From contig JBFHSP010000001.1 in assembly GCA_041591085.1 (NCBI GenBank), positions 1 to 53,848 on the forward strand: a DNA stretch of 53,848 nt, written 5' to 3'. This DNA is from Kangiellaceae bacterium (GTDB lineage: Bacteria; Pseudomonadota; Gammaproteobacteria; Enterobacterales; Kangiellaceae). Below, one piece after another: positions 1 to 9,701 of this stretch. The position numbers and the translations under genes are program-made. Below the pieces are notes generated by a model that saw nothing but the letters and a program-made list of their open reading frames with translations, was not told the DNA's origin and did not search any database. Numbering within the stretch: position 1 is the stretch's first letter; the number at the start of each line of letters is the position of its first letter.

Positions 1-191
1 ATGTTAGCCACAAAACTAGAAGAGTTGAAACATAAAGTAGCTAAAACTTATTGTTTTTAAGATAGTGAGTCAGTTTATTCAGCTTTTCTTATCCCACGTT
101 CAGGTTAAATGGATTTAAAATAAAAATCTTTCCTTAGCTATTTCAACGCTTTTTAAGTTCATGTCTTTTATCATTGACCGACAGTAATTAA

Positions 192-205
192 GCCAAACAA
201 TTGAC
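192..205. promoter_or_regulatory. Putative FleQ/FlrA binding box upstream of fleSR
   Basis: GCCAAACAATTGAC, a 14-bp near-match to the FleQ-type GTCA-N6-TGAC box, starting 77 bp before the sigma54 site. Confidence 0.55.
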
Positions 206-236
206 AGTTGAGTCTCTCGCGTATTTCTAGTAATGC

Positions 237-249
237 TAACTTATTGAAA
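237..249 (-). promoter_or_regulatory. Putative IHF site
   Basis: Reverse complement TTTCAATAAGTTA, 1 mismatch to WATCAANNNNTTR, lying between the activator box and the sigma54 site. Confidence 0.5.
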
Positions 250-268
250 TTTCTATCTTATTAATATT

Positions 269-284
269 TGGCACGTTTCTGGCA
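269..284 (+). promoter_or_regulatory. sigma54 (-24/-12) promoter of fleSR-fliE operon
   Basis: TGGCACGTTTCTGGCA: GG-N10-GC with perfect TGGCAC. Confidence 0.8.
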
Positions 285-308
285 TTTTGGTTCTCGGGTA
301 ATAATTTT

Positions 309-1586
309 ATGACCGTGAATATGGAACCGAATATGACTGTGGCACAAACTTCACCTCAGCAATCCGTAAAAACGCATTTTGATCAAAGTGCGGTAGCCGA
401 GTTGTTACAGACGCCCGTTTCCGATAAATCCATCGATATTGAGGTGTTGCAACAAGCTTTTGCGCAAATAAATAACTTGTCTCAAAATTTTGTTCATTCC
501 TATCAAAATTTAGAAGGTCAGGTTGAAACCTTAGCCGATAAGTTATCTAAAGAAGTTCGCCAAAAAGAAAAGCAGTTACAGGAAAGAGAGCGCGTCGCTT
601 CGCAACTACAGCATTTATTAGCCATTTTGCCCTGTGGTGTGGTTCTGCTTGATGATCGAGGTGTGGTACAGGAATGTAATGCTGTAGCCGTGGACTTATT
701 AGGTCGTCCCTTACTGAGAGAGAAGTGGATTGAAATCATTCAAAGAAATTTTGCTCCTCGATTTGATGATGGTCATGAAGTTTCTTTGAAGGATGGCCGT
801 CGCGTAAAAATAGAAACACGCTCACTTGATTATGAGCCAGGACAATTGGTAGTTCTTACAGACTTAACTGAAACCCGAAAACTGCAGGACCAGGTCAATC
901 AAGATAAGCGATTATCGAGTATGGGCAAAATGATGGCGTCATTGGCTCATCAAATTAGAACGCCTTTATCAACAGCACAATTGTACTCAGAGCATTTAGC
1001 CAATCCAAAATTAGATGAGCAATTGCGCGTTAGCTTCTCAAATAAACTAATGAGTTGCTTGCAGCATTTAGAAACTCAAGTTGCCGATATGCTGTCATTT
1101 GCTAAAAGTGGTGGCATTAAAAAACAAACTATATCAGTACTAACATTTGAAAAACGTTTAGTTGAACACCTAATCGGTTTATTTCCAAATTTATACATTT
1201 CTGGCATTGAATATGAGCGCCCAGACTCATTTTGCATAAGCATTAATCTAGATGCGTTAATCAGTGCGCTGTCGAATTTAGTAGAAAATGCCTACCAAGC
1301 TAAACCCGAGGCGACTGAAAGTGACTTTAAAGTGCGATTGGTTCTATCACTGAATCATAACCGAGTTGAAATGCAAGTTATTGATAACGGTATTGGCATA
1401 GCAAGTCATCAACTCGAACATATTTTTGATCCATTTTTTACGACTAAATCGCAAGGAACTGGATTAGGTCTTGCAGTCGTTCATGGGGTAGTAAAAGCAA
1501 TGGATGGCAGCATTCGGGTTGAATCGGAACCCAATAAAGGAACTGAATTTACAGTGTCGCTGCCGGTGTTTCAAAACGTTAACTAA
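309..1586 (+). CDS. fleS: Flagellar PAS sensor histidine kinase FleS/FlrB
   Basis: Coiled coil, PAS, H-box AHQIRTPL, HATPase boxes (DNGIGI, FFTTK, GTGLGL); no TM segment; start could be a nearby Met. Confidence 0.9.
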   Translation: MTVNMEPNMTVAQTSPQQSVKTHFDQSAVAELLQTPVSDKSIDIEVLQQAFAQINNLSQNFVHSYQNLEGQVETLADKLSKEVRQKEKQLQERERVASQLQHLLAILPCGVVLLDDRGVVQECNAVAVDLLGRPLLREKWIEIIQRNFAPRFDDGHEVSLKDGRRVKIETRSLDYEPGQLVVLTDLTETRKLQDQVNQDKRLSSMGKMMASLAHQIRTPLSTAQLYSEHLANPKLDEQLRVSFSNKLMSCLQHLETQVADMLSFAKSGGIKKQTISVLTFEKRLVEHLIGLFPNLYISGIEYERPDSFCISINLDALISALSNLVENAYQAKPEATESDFKVRLVLSLNHNRVEMQVIDNGIGIASHQLEHIFDPFFTTKSQGTGLGLAVVHGVVKAMDGSIRVESEPNKGTEFTVSLPVFQNVN

Positions 1587-1608
1587 TTTTCCAATTAAGA
1601 GTGAACTC

Positions 1609-2955
1609 ATGAAGTCAAATACGGTATTAATTGTTGAAGATGATGCGGCTCTTAGAGAAGCCATTATTGATACTTTACAACTAAGCGGCATTGCAACCAT
1701 GCAAGCTGACTCTGTCGAAGCTGCAATTGCGCAATGGTCAAAACAGATCCCTAGTGTAGTTGTATGCGATGTTAACTTAGGGAGTAAAAAGGGAACCGAT
1801 TTTCTTGCTTTTATTCGTAGTAAAGATGCAATGACTCCCTTTGTTTTGATGACTGCTTATGGAACCATCGATATGGCTGTTTCGGCTATGCAAAATGGTG
1901 CCAATGAGTTTATTCAAAAACCATTTAATCCAAGTACTTTGATTGAAATTTTACATCGCTATTTAGAAGCGCAAAATGAATCAAGCATAGAACCGATTAT
2001 TGAAGATACTAATAGTAAACAGCTTTATCAGTTAGCGTCCAAAATTGCAGTAACAGACTCAACTGTTTTGCTTAATGGTCCTAGCGGATCAGGTAAAGAA
2101 GTAATGGCTTCATTTATCCATCGGCACTCAAACCGTAATCAAGGACCCTTCGTTGCAATTAACTGTGCGGCAATCCCAGAAAATATGTTGGAAGCGACAT
2201 TGTTTGGTTATGAGAAAGGCGCATTTACTGGAGCTCATCAAGCGTGTCCAGGTAAATTTGAGCAGGCCAATGGAGGTACTATTTTGCTAGATGAGATTTC
2301 AGAAATGGACCTTGGATTGCAAGCAAAAATTTTGCGAGTGTTGCAGGAGCGCGAAGTTGAGCGACTTGGTGGAAGAAAGTCCATCGATTTGGATGTTCGG
2401 GTAATTGCTACAACCAATCGCGATTTAAAACTAGAAGTACAAGAAAAAAGATTCAGAGAAGATCTTTATTTCAGGCTCAATGTATTTCCATTATCGTGTT
2501 TAGCGCTTGCAAACAGACGAGGAGATATTATTCCTTTATGCGAGCGACTGTTGGAAAAATACGCCAAACAAAATCGGCTTAATACTCCTCAAATAACCAC
2601 AGCTGCACGTTCTCAGTTATTAAGCTATGCATGGCCAGGCAATGTAAGAGAGTTAGATAACATTGTTCAGCGATGTTTGATTTTGTCTGGGGGACAAGAC
2701 ATAAACCCGGAACACTTAATGTTCGAAAGCAGTCATGAAGTGCTAAATGTACAACCACAAGAGATAGAGCCAGAGCAAGCTACGTCGAGCTTAGGAAAGG
2801 GCGTAAGAGAACACGAATTTCAATTGATTGCCGATGCGCTCAAGCAATGCAAAGGAAAGAAAAAGCAAGTCGCTGAAGAATTAGGAATTAGCCCTAGAAC
2901 ACTGCGTTATAAATTAGCAAAAATGCGTGAGCTTGGTTATGAGTTTTCAGCATAA
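1609..2955 (+). CDS. fleR: sigma54-dependent response regulator FleR/FlrC
   Basis: REC, AAA+ (GPSGSGKE, GAFTGA), Fis HTH; start moved to ATG 1609 to avoid overlap with fleS. Confidence 0.92.
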   Translation: MKSNTVLIVEDDAALREAIIDTLQLSGIATMQADSVEAAIAQWSKQIPSVVVCDVNLGSKKGTDFLAFIRSKDAMTPFVLMTAYGTIDMAVSAMQNGANEFIQKPFNPSTLIEILHRYLEAQNESSIEPIIEDTNSKQLYQLASKIAVTDSTVLLNGPSGSGKEVMASFIHRHSNRNQGPFVAINCAAIPENMLEATLFGYEKGAFTGAHQACPGKFEQANGGTILLDEISEMDLGLQAKILRVLQEREVERLGGRKSIDLDVRVIATTNRDLKLEVQEKRFREDLYFRLNVFPLSCLALANRRGDIIPLCERLLEKYAKQNRLNTPQITTAARSQLLSYAWPGNVRELDNIVQRCLILSGGQDINPEHLMFESSHEVLNVQPQEIEPEQATSSLGKGVREHEFQLIADALKQCKGKKKQVAEELGISPRTLRYKLAKMRELGYEFSA

Positions 2956-2976
2956 CTTAGTAAGGAGTAAATAAAT

Positions 2977-3303
2977 ATGACCCAAATTACACCCGATCAA
3001 ATAATGGCGCAAATGCGTAGGTTGCAATCAATTGCGCAAAGTCAAAATTTGCAAAGCGGACCGGCAGTACAGTCGCCCAACAATCAATTCAATACGGTGC
3101 TTAAAGATGCGCTCAATACTGTCAGTACTCATCAAATGAATGCCGCTGATGCAGCAAAAAAAATAGAAATGGGCGATGGTGGTGTCAGTTTGGTAAAAGC
3201 AGTGATTGCTTCACAAAAAGCATCGGTTGCTTTTGATGCAGCGGTTCAAGTAAGAAACCGCGTTGTAAGCGCATACCAAGACATTATGAATATGCCAATT
3301 TGA
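2977..3303 (+). CDS. fliE: Flagellar hook-basal body protein FliE
   Basis: C-terminal QVRNRVVSAYQDIMNMPI; RBS AAGGAG. Confidence 0.95.
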   Translation: MTQITPDQIMAQMRRLQSIAQSQNLQSGPAVQSPNNQFNTVLKDALNTVSTHQMNAADAAKKIEMGDGGVSLVKAVIASQKASVAFDAAVQVRNRVVSAYQDIMNMPI

Positions 3304-3314
3304 TTGAGGATTAA

Positions 3315-4973
3315 ATGGTGGCCGACGCAGCAACAGATTTAGCAACAGTAGACAATACCGGTGGTTTTTTACCGGGCATGAGTAGTTTAAATATATTTAA
3401 GCAATTAGGTTTAATGATTGGCTTAGCCGCGAGTGTGGCTTTAGGTGTATTTATAGTGCTTTGGGGAAGTGAGCCTGATATGCGCTCCTTAGGAAAAACC
3501 GACGGCACCAGTGCCATGGACATTGTTTCGTATTTAGAGCAGCAAAATATTCCCTACCGTTTTGATCCAAGCGGAGCCATACAAGTACCACAAGATCGTT
3601 ACCAACGAATTACTCTAGAGTTGCAATCACAAGGAGTGATGTTAGGTGATAGTGCTGATCAATATTTGCATAAGGAAACCGGATTTGGTGTTTCTCAGCA
3701 ATTAGAAAAAGCGCGATTGCAACGTAGTCAAGAAATGCAATTGGCAAAGACTATTGCTGAATTTTCTGGCATTCGTTCTGCAAAAGTCCATTTGGCTTTA
3801 CCTAAAGAAACAGCCTTCCTAAAACATAGGAAAGACCCGAGCGCTTCGGTTTTATTAAGTTTATACGGAAACCGTACGCTTGATGATGAGCAAGTCCGAG
3901 CGATTGTTGACTTAGTGACTGGCAGTGTACCTAATTTAGAATCCAACAAAGTCACAGTGACGGACCAATTTGGTCGTTTGCTTCATTCGGGAACCCAATC
4001 TAATCAAGAGCGTGAAAGTAATCGTGAATTAAAAATAATGCGTGAACAACAAGCGGACTATCAATCAAAAATCCAACAAATTTTATTGCCGATTGTGGGT
4101 GAAGGTAATTTTACGGTTCAAGTCAACGTGGATATGGACTTCACTAAATTGGAACAAACCCAGCAGTCGTTTAACCCAGAAATATCCGCGGTTAGAAGTG
4201 AACGTACTTTAGAGAATCAATCAAGTAACGGAGCTCCTACAGGAGTGCCTGGAGCACTAAGCAATCAACCTCCAGCTGCAGCGACTATTCCAGAAAATCT
4301 ACGCGCGAATGGTGCTAATAATGTAACGGAACAATCGGGCAATAGGCGAGTAGAAGCTGAGCGCAACTACGATTTAGATACCACCATTAGCCATATAAAA
4401 CAGCAAGTAGGTATTGTTAAAAAGGTGAGCGTATCGGTAGGGTTAGATTTTATTGATAATGCAGCTACTGACGATGGAAGCGGAACTTTTGAAGCTCGTA
4501 TTGCTCGCCCACAAAATCAAATTGACAATATTACACGAATGATTAGAGGGGCTATTGGCTTTAACGCTAATCGCGGAGATCTCGTTGAGGTGGAAAGCTT
4601 TGATTTTGTTCGGCCAGAACAAGTGCCAGATTTAGCTCCTTTGCCATTTTATCAACAACCGCTATTTCAAGCGTTATGGAAACCGGTTACGGCGTTGTTA
4701 TTAGGTTTAATTTTAATATTTGGCTTTTTAAAACCTTTAATGAATAAGCTTTCAACACAACCAAATATTCCAGTAGCCACACGTGATGATGATGATCTAG
4801 GATTAGGAGGACTAGAAGCCGATACATTGAGTTTAGAATCTGAGCCGCCGCTTGAACTACCTGGCCCTGCGATGCCTTCATCGAGAAAAGCAGAGCAAGC
4901 TAAAGGCGTTGCAGCACAAGATCCAACCATGGTCGCTCAATTGGTTAAAAACTGGGTAGAAGAAGATGAGTGA
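3315..4973 (+). CDS. fliF: Flagellar MS-ring protein FliF
   Basis: Two TM segments, AKVHLALP, ASVLL, GVPGALSNQPP. Confidence 0.95.
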   Translation: MVADAATDLATVDNTGGFLPGMSSLNIFKQLGLMIGLAASVALGVFIVLWGSEPDMRSLGKTDGTSAMDIVSYLEQQNIPYRFDPSGAIQVPQDRYQRITLELQSQGVMLGDSADQYLHKETGFGVSQQLEKARLQRSQEMQLAKTIAEFSGIRSAKVHLALPKETAFLKHRKDPSASVLLSLYGNRTLDDEQVRAIVDLVTGSVPNLESNKVTVTDQFGRLLHSGTQSNQERESNRELKIMREQQADYQSKIQQILLPIVGEGNFTVQVNVDMDFTKLEQTQQSFNPEISAVRSERTLENQSSNGAPTGVPGALSNQPPAAATIPENLRANGANNVTEQSGNRRVEAERNYDLDTTISHIKQQVGIVKKVSVSVGLDFIDNAATDDGSGTFEARIARPQNQIDNITRMIRGAIGFNANRGDLVEVESFDFVRPEQVPDLAPLPFYQQPLFQALWKPVTALLLGLILIFGFLKPLMNKLSTQPNIPVATRDDDDLGLGGLEADTLSLESEPPLELPGPAMPSSRKAEQAKGVAAQDPTMVAQLVKNWVEEDE

Positions 4974-6009
4974 AGATAAACCTAAAAAAGAAGTAGCCGC
5001 TACAGAAAAGAAAAAAGCCGTCTATTCGGGTACCGAAAAAGCTGCGGTATTGCTACTGTCATTAGGTGAAGAAAATGCCGCACAAGTATTAAAACATATG
5101 GGGCCAAAAGAAGTTCAAAAGATTGGCTTAGCGATGGCGTCATTGAAAAATGTTGAAAAGGAAGGCGTTGAGGGTGTTCTTAACGAGTTTTTAGAGAAAG
5201 TAGAAGATCAAACCGGAATTGGAATTGGGACCGAAGAATACATTCGAAAAACGTTAAAGTCAGCTTTGGGAGACGATAAAGCGGATGCGTTAATCGATAG
5301 AATATTATTGGGTGCCAACACCAAAGGTTTAGATACCTTAAAATGGATGGACCCTCGTGCAGTTGCCGATATTATTAGGTATGAACATCCGCAAATTCAA
5401 TCGATAGTCATGTCCTATTTGGACCCAGATCAAAGTGCGGAAATTTTGGCGTTGTTTCCGGAAAAAGTGCGTCTTGATTTGGCTCTAAGAATGTCAGCTT
5501 TAGAAAGTATTCAACCAACAGCATTACAAGAACTGAATACCATTATGGAGAAACAGTTCTCCGGAAGCACAGCATCAAAAGCAGCGCAAATTGGCGGAGT
5601 GAAAAAAGTCGCCGATATTATGAACTTTTTGGATACCAGTATCGAAAGTGTGCTTATTGAAAACATAAAAGAAGTCGATGAAGATTTAGGTCAGCAAATA
5701 CAAGATTTAATGTTTGTATTTGATAATTTGGCCGATGTTGATGATCGCGGAATTCAAGCTCTGCTACGTGAAATTTCAACCGACACTTTAATTTTGGCAT
5801 TGAAGGGATCGGATGAAGCGATTAAAGAAAAGATCTTTAAAAATATGTCGAAACGCGCCGCTGAACTTATGCGTGACGACCTAGAGGCGATGGGGCCAGT
5901 TAAAGTCAGTGAAGTTGAAGCTGCACAAAAAGAAATTCTTACCGTCGCTCGACGTATGGCTGACGCAGGAGAGATTGTTCTTGGTGGTGTTGGCGAAGAA
6001 CTTATTTAA
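4966..6009 (+). CDS. fliG: Flagellar motor switch protein FliG
   Basis: KAAVLLLSLGE, EHPQ, MFVFDNL motifs; overlaps the fliF stop. Confidence 0.97.
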   Translation: MSEDKPKKEVAATEKKKAVYSGTEKAAVLLLSLGEENAAQVLKHMGPKEVQKIGLAMASLKNVEKEGVEGVLNEFLEKVEDQTGIGIGTEEYIRKTLKSALGDDKADALIDRILLGANTKGLDTLKWMDPRAVADIIRYEHPQIQSIVMSYLDPDQSAEILALFPEKVRLDLALRMSALESIQPTALQELNTIMEKQFSGSTASKAAQIGGVKKVADIMNFLDTSIESVLIENIKEVDEDLGQQIQDLMFVFDNLADVDDRGIQALLREISTDTLILALKGSDEAIKEKIFKNMSKRAAELMRDDLEAMGPVKVSEVEAAQKEILTVARRMADAGEIVLGGVGEELI

Positions 6010-6139
6010 CTTGAAATTGGGATAACAAGAGTTAAAACATTTAAACAATTTGACAAACTCAAGCAAAAATCGACTTAATTTGTTCCATGTTCAAGCTAAT
6101 TAGTAGTAATAAATTTTGGTTAACTTTTAGAGCAGCTAT

Positions 6140-7006
6140 ATGGCAAACACCAAAGATTCACCTGAAAAACTATGGCATTTACCATCGTTTGATACGCATG
6201 ATGGCTCCTCCCGTTCATCCAAAAGTCCAACCAAAGATCAGTTAAAACCGCCAACTGCAGAAGAAATTAATGCAATTCGAACTTCGGCTTTTGAAGAGGG
6301 TAAAGCTGAAGGCGTCCAGCAAGGCTTGAAAGAAGGCTTAGTTCAGGCTGAGAAAAACTACCAACTGCTTCAGCAAAGTTTCAATCACTTAATGGATAGC
6401 TTTTCTGAACCGCTCAAATTGAATCAAAAAGAAGTTGAAGACGATGTAATTAGGTTAGTTACTTTATTATCAAAGCAAATTATCAAAAGAGAACTCAAAA
6501 GCGATCCAGAGCAAATTATAGCGGTGGTAAGAGAGGGTATAAAATTATTACCTTCCTATCGAAAACAAGTGACCGTAACCTGTCACCCAGATGACGGAGA
6601 AGTTATTCGCAAAGTGTTTGCCAATAGTGCATCAAACAATTGGCAAATTAATGATGACCCATCAATAACCAGAGGTGGATGTAAAATTTCAACAGAAACC
6701 TCAATGGTAGATGCATCTTTAGAGCATCGTTTATCTCAGCTTTTTCAACATGTGTTTGGTGATCAGCGTATTGCAACCGAAGAGCAAAATGAAGCAGTAA
6801 CAAATGAACCATCAGCAGTTCCAACTCCAAAGACATTAGACTCGAAATATTATGAAAACAATTTAGCAAATCATGAGAATATTAAATCAAGCGATGAGCC
6901 TGCAAAACCATCATTTTCTGAGCAAGAGTTAACAGCAGAAACTCAAAAGCCTAAACTTGACGGAAGTAACAATGACTCTGCCGCAATCGATGATGTAAAT
7001 GAATGA
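6140..7006 (+). CDS. fliH: Flagellar export protein FliH with C-terminal low-complexity extension
   Basis: WxLP N-terminus, GxxxG repeats, [18 protein letters not shown]; lies between fliG and fliI. Confidence 0.9.
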   Translation: MANTKDSPEKLWHLPSFDTHDGSSRSSKSPTKDQLKPPTAEEINAIRTSAFEEGKAEGVQQGLKEGLVQAEKNYQLLQQSFNHLMDSFSEPLKLNQKEVEDDVIRLVTLLSKQIIKRELKSDPEQIIAVVREGIKLLPSYRKQVTVTCHPDDGEVIRKVFANSASNNWQINDDPSITRGGCKISTETSMVDASLEHRLSQLFQHVFGDQRIATEEQNEAVTNEPSAVPTPKTLDSKYYENNLANHENIKSSDEPAKPSFSEQELTAETQKPKLDGSNNDSAAIDDVNE

Positions 7007-8382
7007 ATAATTTGAGCGAAAAACTTCAGTCTTACGCTAAACGGGTCGAGCAAAGCCCCGGTTTAGCCGTTGAAGGAAAATTAACTCGATTAATTGGGCT
7101 AACGTTAGAGGCAGTCGGCTGCGAAGTTAATATTGGTGAGCAGTGCATTATTACAACGCCAAGAGGTCAAAAAGAAACCGCTGAAGTTGTTGGGTTCTCT
7201 GATGACAAAATTTATTTAATGCCTACCGGAACTGCACAGGGGTTAGGACCTGGGGCTACGGTCACCCCAACTGGGACGATAGGTGAAGTCAATGTTGGCG
7301 ATCATCTGTTAGGGCGAGTGTTAAACGGCTTAGGTCAGCCTATCGATGAATTAGGCCAATTAGTTTCAGACTGTAAATACCCATTACACGCTAGACCAAT
7401 TAACCCGTTAAAGCGCCATCCGATCCATCAGCCCTTGGATGTTGGTGTGGCGGCGATTAACGCTTTAATGACGGTAGGTCGCGGACAGCGGATGGGTTTG
7501 TTTGCTGGAAGCGGCGTGGGTAAGTCGGTGTTACTGGGTATGATGACTCGTTATACCGAAGCCGATGTAATTGTAGTCGGACTCATAGGCGAAAGGGGAC
7601 GAGAGGTTCAAGAGTTTATCGATCAAATCTTAGGTGAAGAAGGCCGTCAGCGAGCCGTGGTAGTTGCCGTTCCAGCGGATAACCCACCTTTAATGCGCTT
7701 GCAAGGCGCAATGGTTGCTACATCAATTGCAGAGTATTTTAGAGATCAAGGCAAAAATGTTCTGTTGTTAATGGATTCTCTTACGCGGTTTTGTCAAGCT
7801 CAACGAGAAATTGCATTAGCGATTGGCGAGCCTCCTGCCACTAAAGGATATCCTCCTTCTGTATTCGCGAAACTGCCTCAGTTGGTTGAGCGCGCCGGTA
7901 ACGCTGAAAAGGGTGGTGGGTCAATAACCGCTTTTTATACAGTTTTAACCGAAGGAGATGATCAGCAAGACCCTATAGCCGATGCAGCTCGGGCAATTTT
8001 AGATGGACATGTCGTTCTTTCGAGAGCGCTAGCAGAAGAGGGCCACTATCCGGCGATTGATATTGAGGCTTCTGTCAGTCGAGCTATTACCCAAATAACA
8101 ACCCCTGATCATTTAGCTTCTGTTAAAGATTTTAAGCGAATTGTCAGCGTGTATAACCGAAACCGCGACCTTATTAATATTGGTGCTTATGAAGCCGGAA
8201 GCAGCAAAGATATCGATGAATCAATTGCCTTAATGCCAATTATTCGTGCCTTTTTACAGCAACCAGTAGATGAAAGTAGGAGTTTTGTCGAAAGCCTTGC
8301 AGGATTAGAAGCTATACTACAACAGACGATTTCGGAAATTGAACATCCAATCACTACGATAACTAGACCCAAAACAATTTAA
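7003..8382 (+). CDS. fliI: Flagellar export ATPase FliI
   Basis: Walker [37 protein letters not shown]. Confidence 0.97.
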   Translation: MNNLSEKLQSYAKRVEQSPGLAVEGKLTRLIGLTLEAVGCEVNIGEQCIITTPRGQKETAEVVGFSDDKIYLMPTGTAQGLGPGATVTPTGTIGEVNVGDHLLGRVLNGLGQPIDELGQLVSDCKYPLHARPINPLKRHPIHQPLDVGVAAINALMTVGRGQRMGLFAGSGVGKSVLLGMMTRYTEADVIVVGLIGERGREVQEFIDQILGEEGRQRAVVVAVPADNPPLMRLQGAMVATSIAEYFRDQGKNVLLLMDSLTRFCQAQREIALAIGEPPATKGYPPSVFAKLPQLVERAGNAEKGGGSITAFYTVLTEGDDQQDPIADAARAILDGHVVLSRALAEEGHYPAIDIEASVSRAITQITTPDHLASVKDFKRIVSVYNRNRDLINIGAYEAGSSKDIDESIALMPIIRAFLQQPVDESRSFVESLAGLEAILQQTISEIEHPITTITRPKTI

Positions 8383-8402
8383 GGTCTTGGAGTTTTGTAT
8401 TA

Positions 8403-8846
8403 ATGAAGTCACAGCGAATTGCACCGGTTAAGCAGTTAGCCGAGCAAAAAGAGCAAAAATCGGCGGAACAGCTTGGTAAAGCGCGGCAATCGTTTGTCGA
8501 AGCGCAACAAAAGCTACACGAGTTGACGCAGTATAAAGCAGACTATATCGCCGAATTTCAGTTTAAGGCAAAAAAGGGCATTTCAGGTGCGCAGTTACAG
8601 CATTATCAAACCTTTATGATTCAACTTGATAAGGCGATTGAAGTGGCGCAAAAGCAAATTCATACTTTGCAATATTCTGTACGCCAACAAAAAGAGCAAT
8701 GGCAAAAACACAATCAACGCTCTCAAGTGGTTACCAGTTATCATCAAAAACTTAAATCCAACGAACGAAAAAAGGCCGAAAAACTTCATGACAGTCAAAT
8801 GGCCGACGATATAACTGCTAACTCACATCATCGCAATTCAGATTAA
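8403..8846 (+). CDS. fliJ: Flagellar export protein FliJ
   Basis: 147-aa Gln/Lys-rich coiled coil with YQTFMIQLDKAI, directly after fliI. Confidence 0.9.
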   Translation: MKSQRIAPVKQLAEQKEQKSAEQLGKARQSFVEAQQKLHELTQYKADYIAEFQFKAKKGISGAQLQHYQTFMIQLDKAIEVAQKQIHTLQYSVRQQKEQWQKHNQRSQVVTSYHQKLKSNERKKAEKLHDSQMADDITANSHHRNSD

Positions 8847-8911
8847 TTTTGCTCTTATAAACTTCAAACGAGGTAATTTATCTTGTTGTTTTTCAATAAT
8901 TTATTCATTCC

Positions 8912-8952
8912 TAGTTATTCCATGAATTTTTAGTTATTCCATGAAATTTTAG
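8912..8952. repeat. 19-bp tandem direct repeat (2 copies + 3 nt)
   Basis: TAGTTATTCCATGAATTTT / TAGTTATTCCATGAAATTT / TAG, one mismatch. Confidence 0.9.
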
Positions 8953-9008
8953 GATTATCTGCTATAAACAATAGACTGGCTTATCAATTTTGGGGCAATG
9001 ACAATCAT

Positions 9009-9308
9009 ATGGCTGGGAAGGCTTCAGTGTCGTGTGGAGAGTTTTTAGATATACAGCATGCGGAAGAACTCAAACAAAGATTTCTTGACGCACTCGATAA
9101 GTGCGCCGATACCTACATTATTAATGCGCAAAAAGTCACGAAAGTAGACTCTGCTGGTATTCAAATTATCCTTGGCTTTTTCAAGCGCGTTGAGCAACAA
9201 GGCGCAACAATTGCTTGGAAACAACCATCCGAAGACTTTATACAAGCAGCAACCCTATTAGGAGTTAATAAGCCGCTCAATTTAGAACAATACGTTGGAG
9301 TAAAGTAA
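9009..9308 (+). CDS. STAS-domain protein (anti-anti-sigma-like) heading the second chemosensory cluster
   Basis: 99 aa; KVDSAGIQIIL STAS motif (Ser48); TAATG coupling to cheY. Confidence 0.8.
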   Translation: MAGKASVSCGEFLDIQHAEELKQRFLDALDKCADTYIINAQKVTKVDSAGIQIILGFFKRVEQQGATIAWKQPSEDFIQAATLLGVNKPLNLEQYVGVK

Positions 9309-9670
9309 TGACGAAAATTTTGGCTGTGGACGACTCAAGTTCAATGCGTCAAATGGTGACTTTCACCCTTAAAACAGCAGGATTCGACGTCGATGACGCA
9401 GCTGATGGGCAGCAAGCTTTAGATAAAGCAAAATCCAATCAGTATGATGTGGTGGTGTCTGATGTCAATATGCCAGTTATGGATGGTATTACTCTGGTCA
9501 AAAATTTAAGAAATTTGCCAAATTACCGCTTTACCCCGATTCTAATGCTAACTACTGAATCAGCTGGCGATAAAAAATTGGAAGGCAAACAAGCCGGAGC
9601 GACCGGGTGGATCGTTAAACCCTTTAATCCAGATCAACTAGTCGCCACTGTAAAAAAAGTTATCGGCTAA
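9308..9670 (+). CDS. cheY: Response regulator CheY (F7/Che2-type)
   Basis: ILAVDDSSSMRQMV, SDVNMP, LTTES, GATGWIVKPF. Confidence 0.92.
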   Translation: MTKILAVDDSSSMRQMVTFTLKTAGFDVDDAADGQQALDKAKSNQYDVVVSDVNMPVMDGITLVKNLRNLPNYRFTPILMLTTESAGDKKLEGKQAGATGWIVKPFNPDQLVATVKKVIG

Positions 9671-9701
9671 TACTCTTAAAACTCAGCTAAAGAGACGGAA
9701 T

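Noticed and set aside
1-60. 19-codon frame MLATKLEELKHKVAKTYCF at the window start
   Set aside because: Too short, no upstream context, and it does not resemble the FleQ C-terminus expected here.
534-541. GCCGATAA sigma28 -10 inside fleS
   Set aside because: No TAAAG/TCAAG-like -35 at the correct spacing.
1504-1608. Longer N-terminus of fleR in the ORF track
   Set aside because: Overlaps fleS; the REC domain begins at ATG 1609.
8786-8812. TCATG-N14-GACGATAT sigma28-like site in the fliJ 3' end
   Set aside because: Three mismatches in coding DNA; the position is suggestive but too weak to call.
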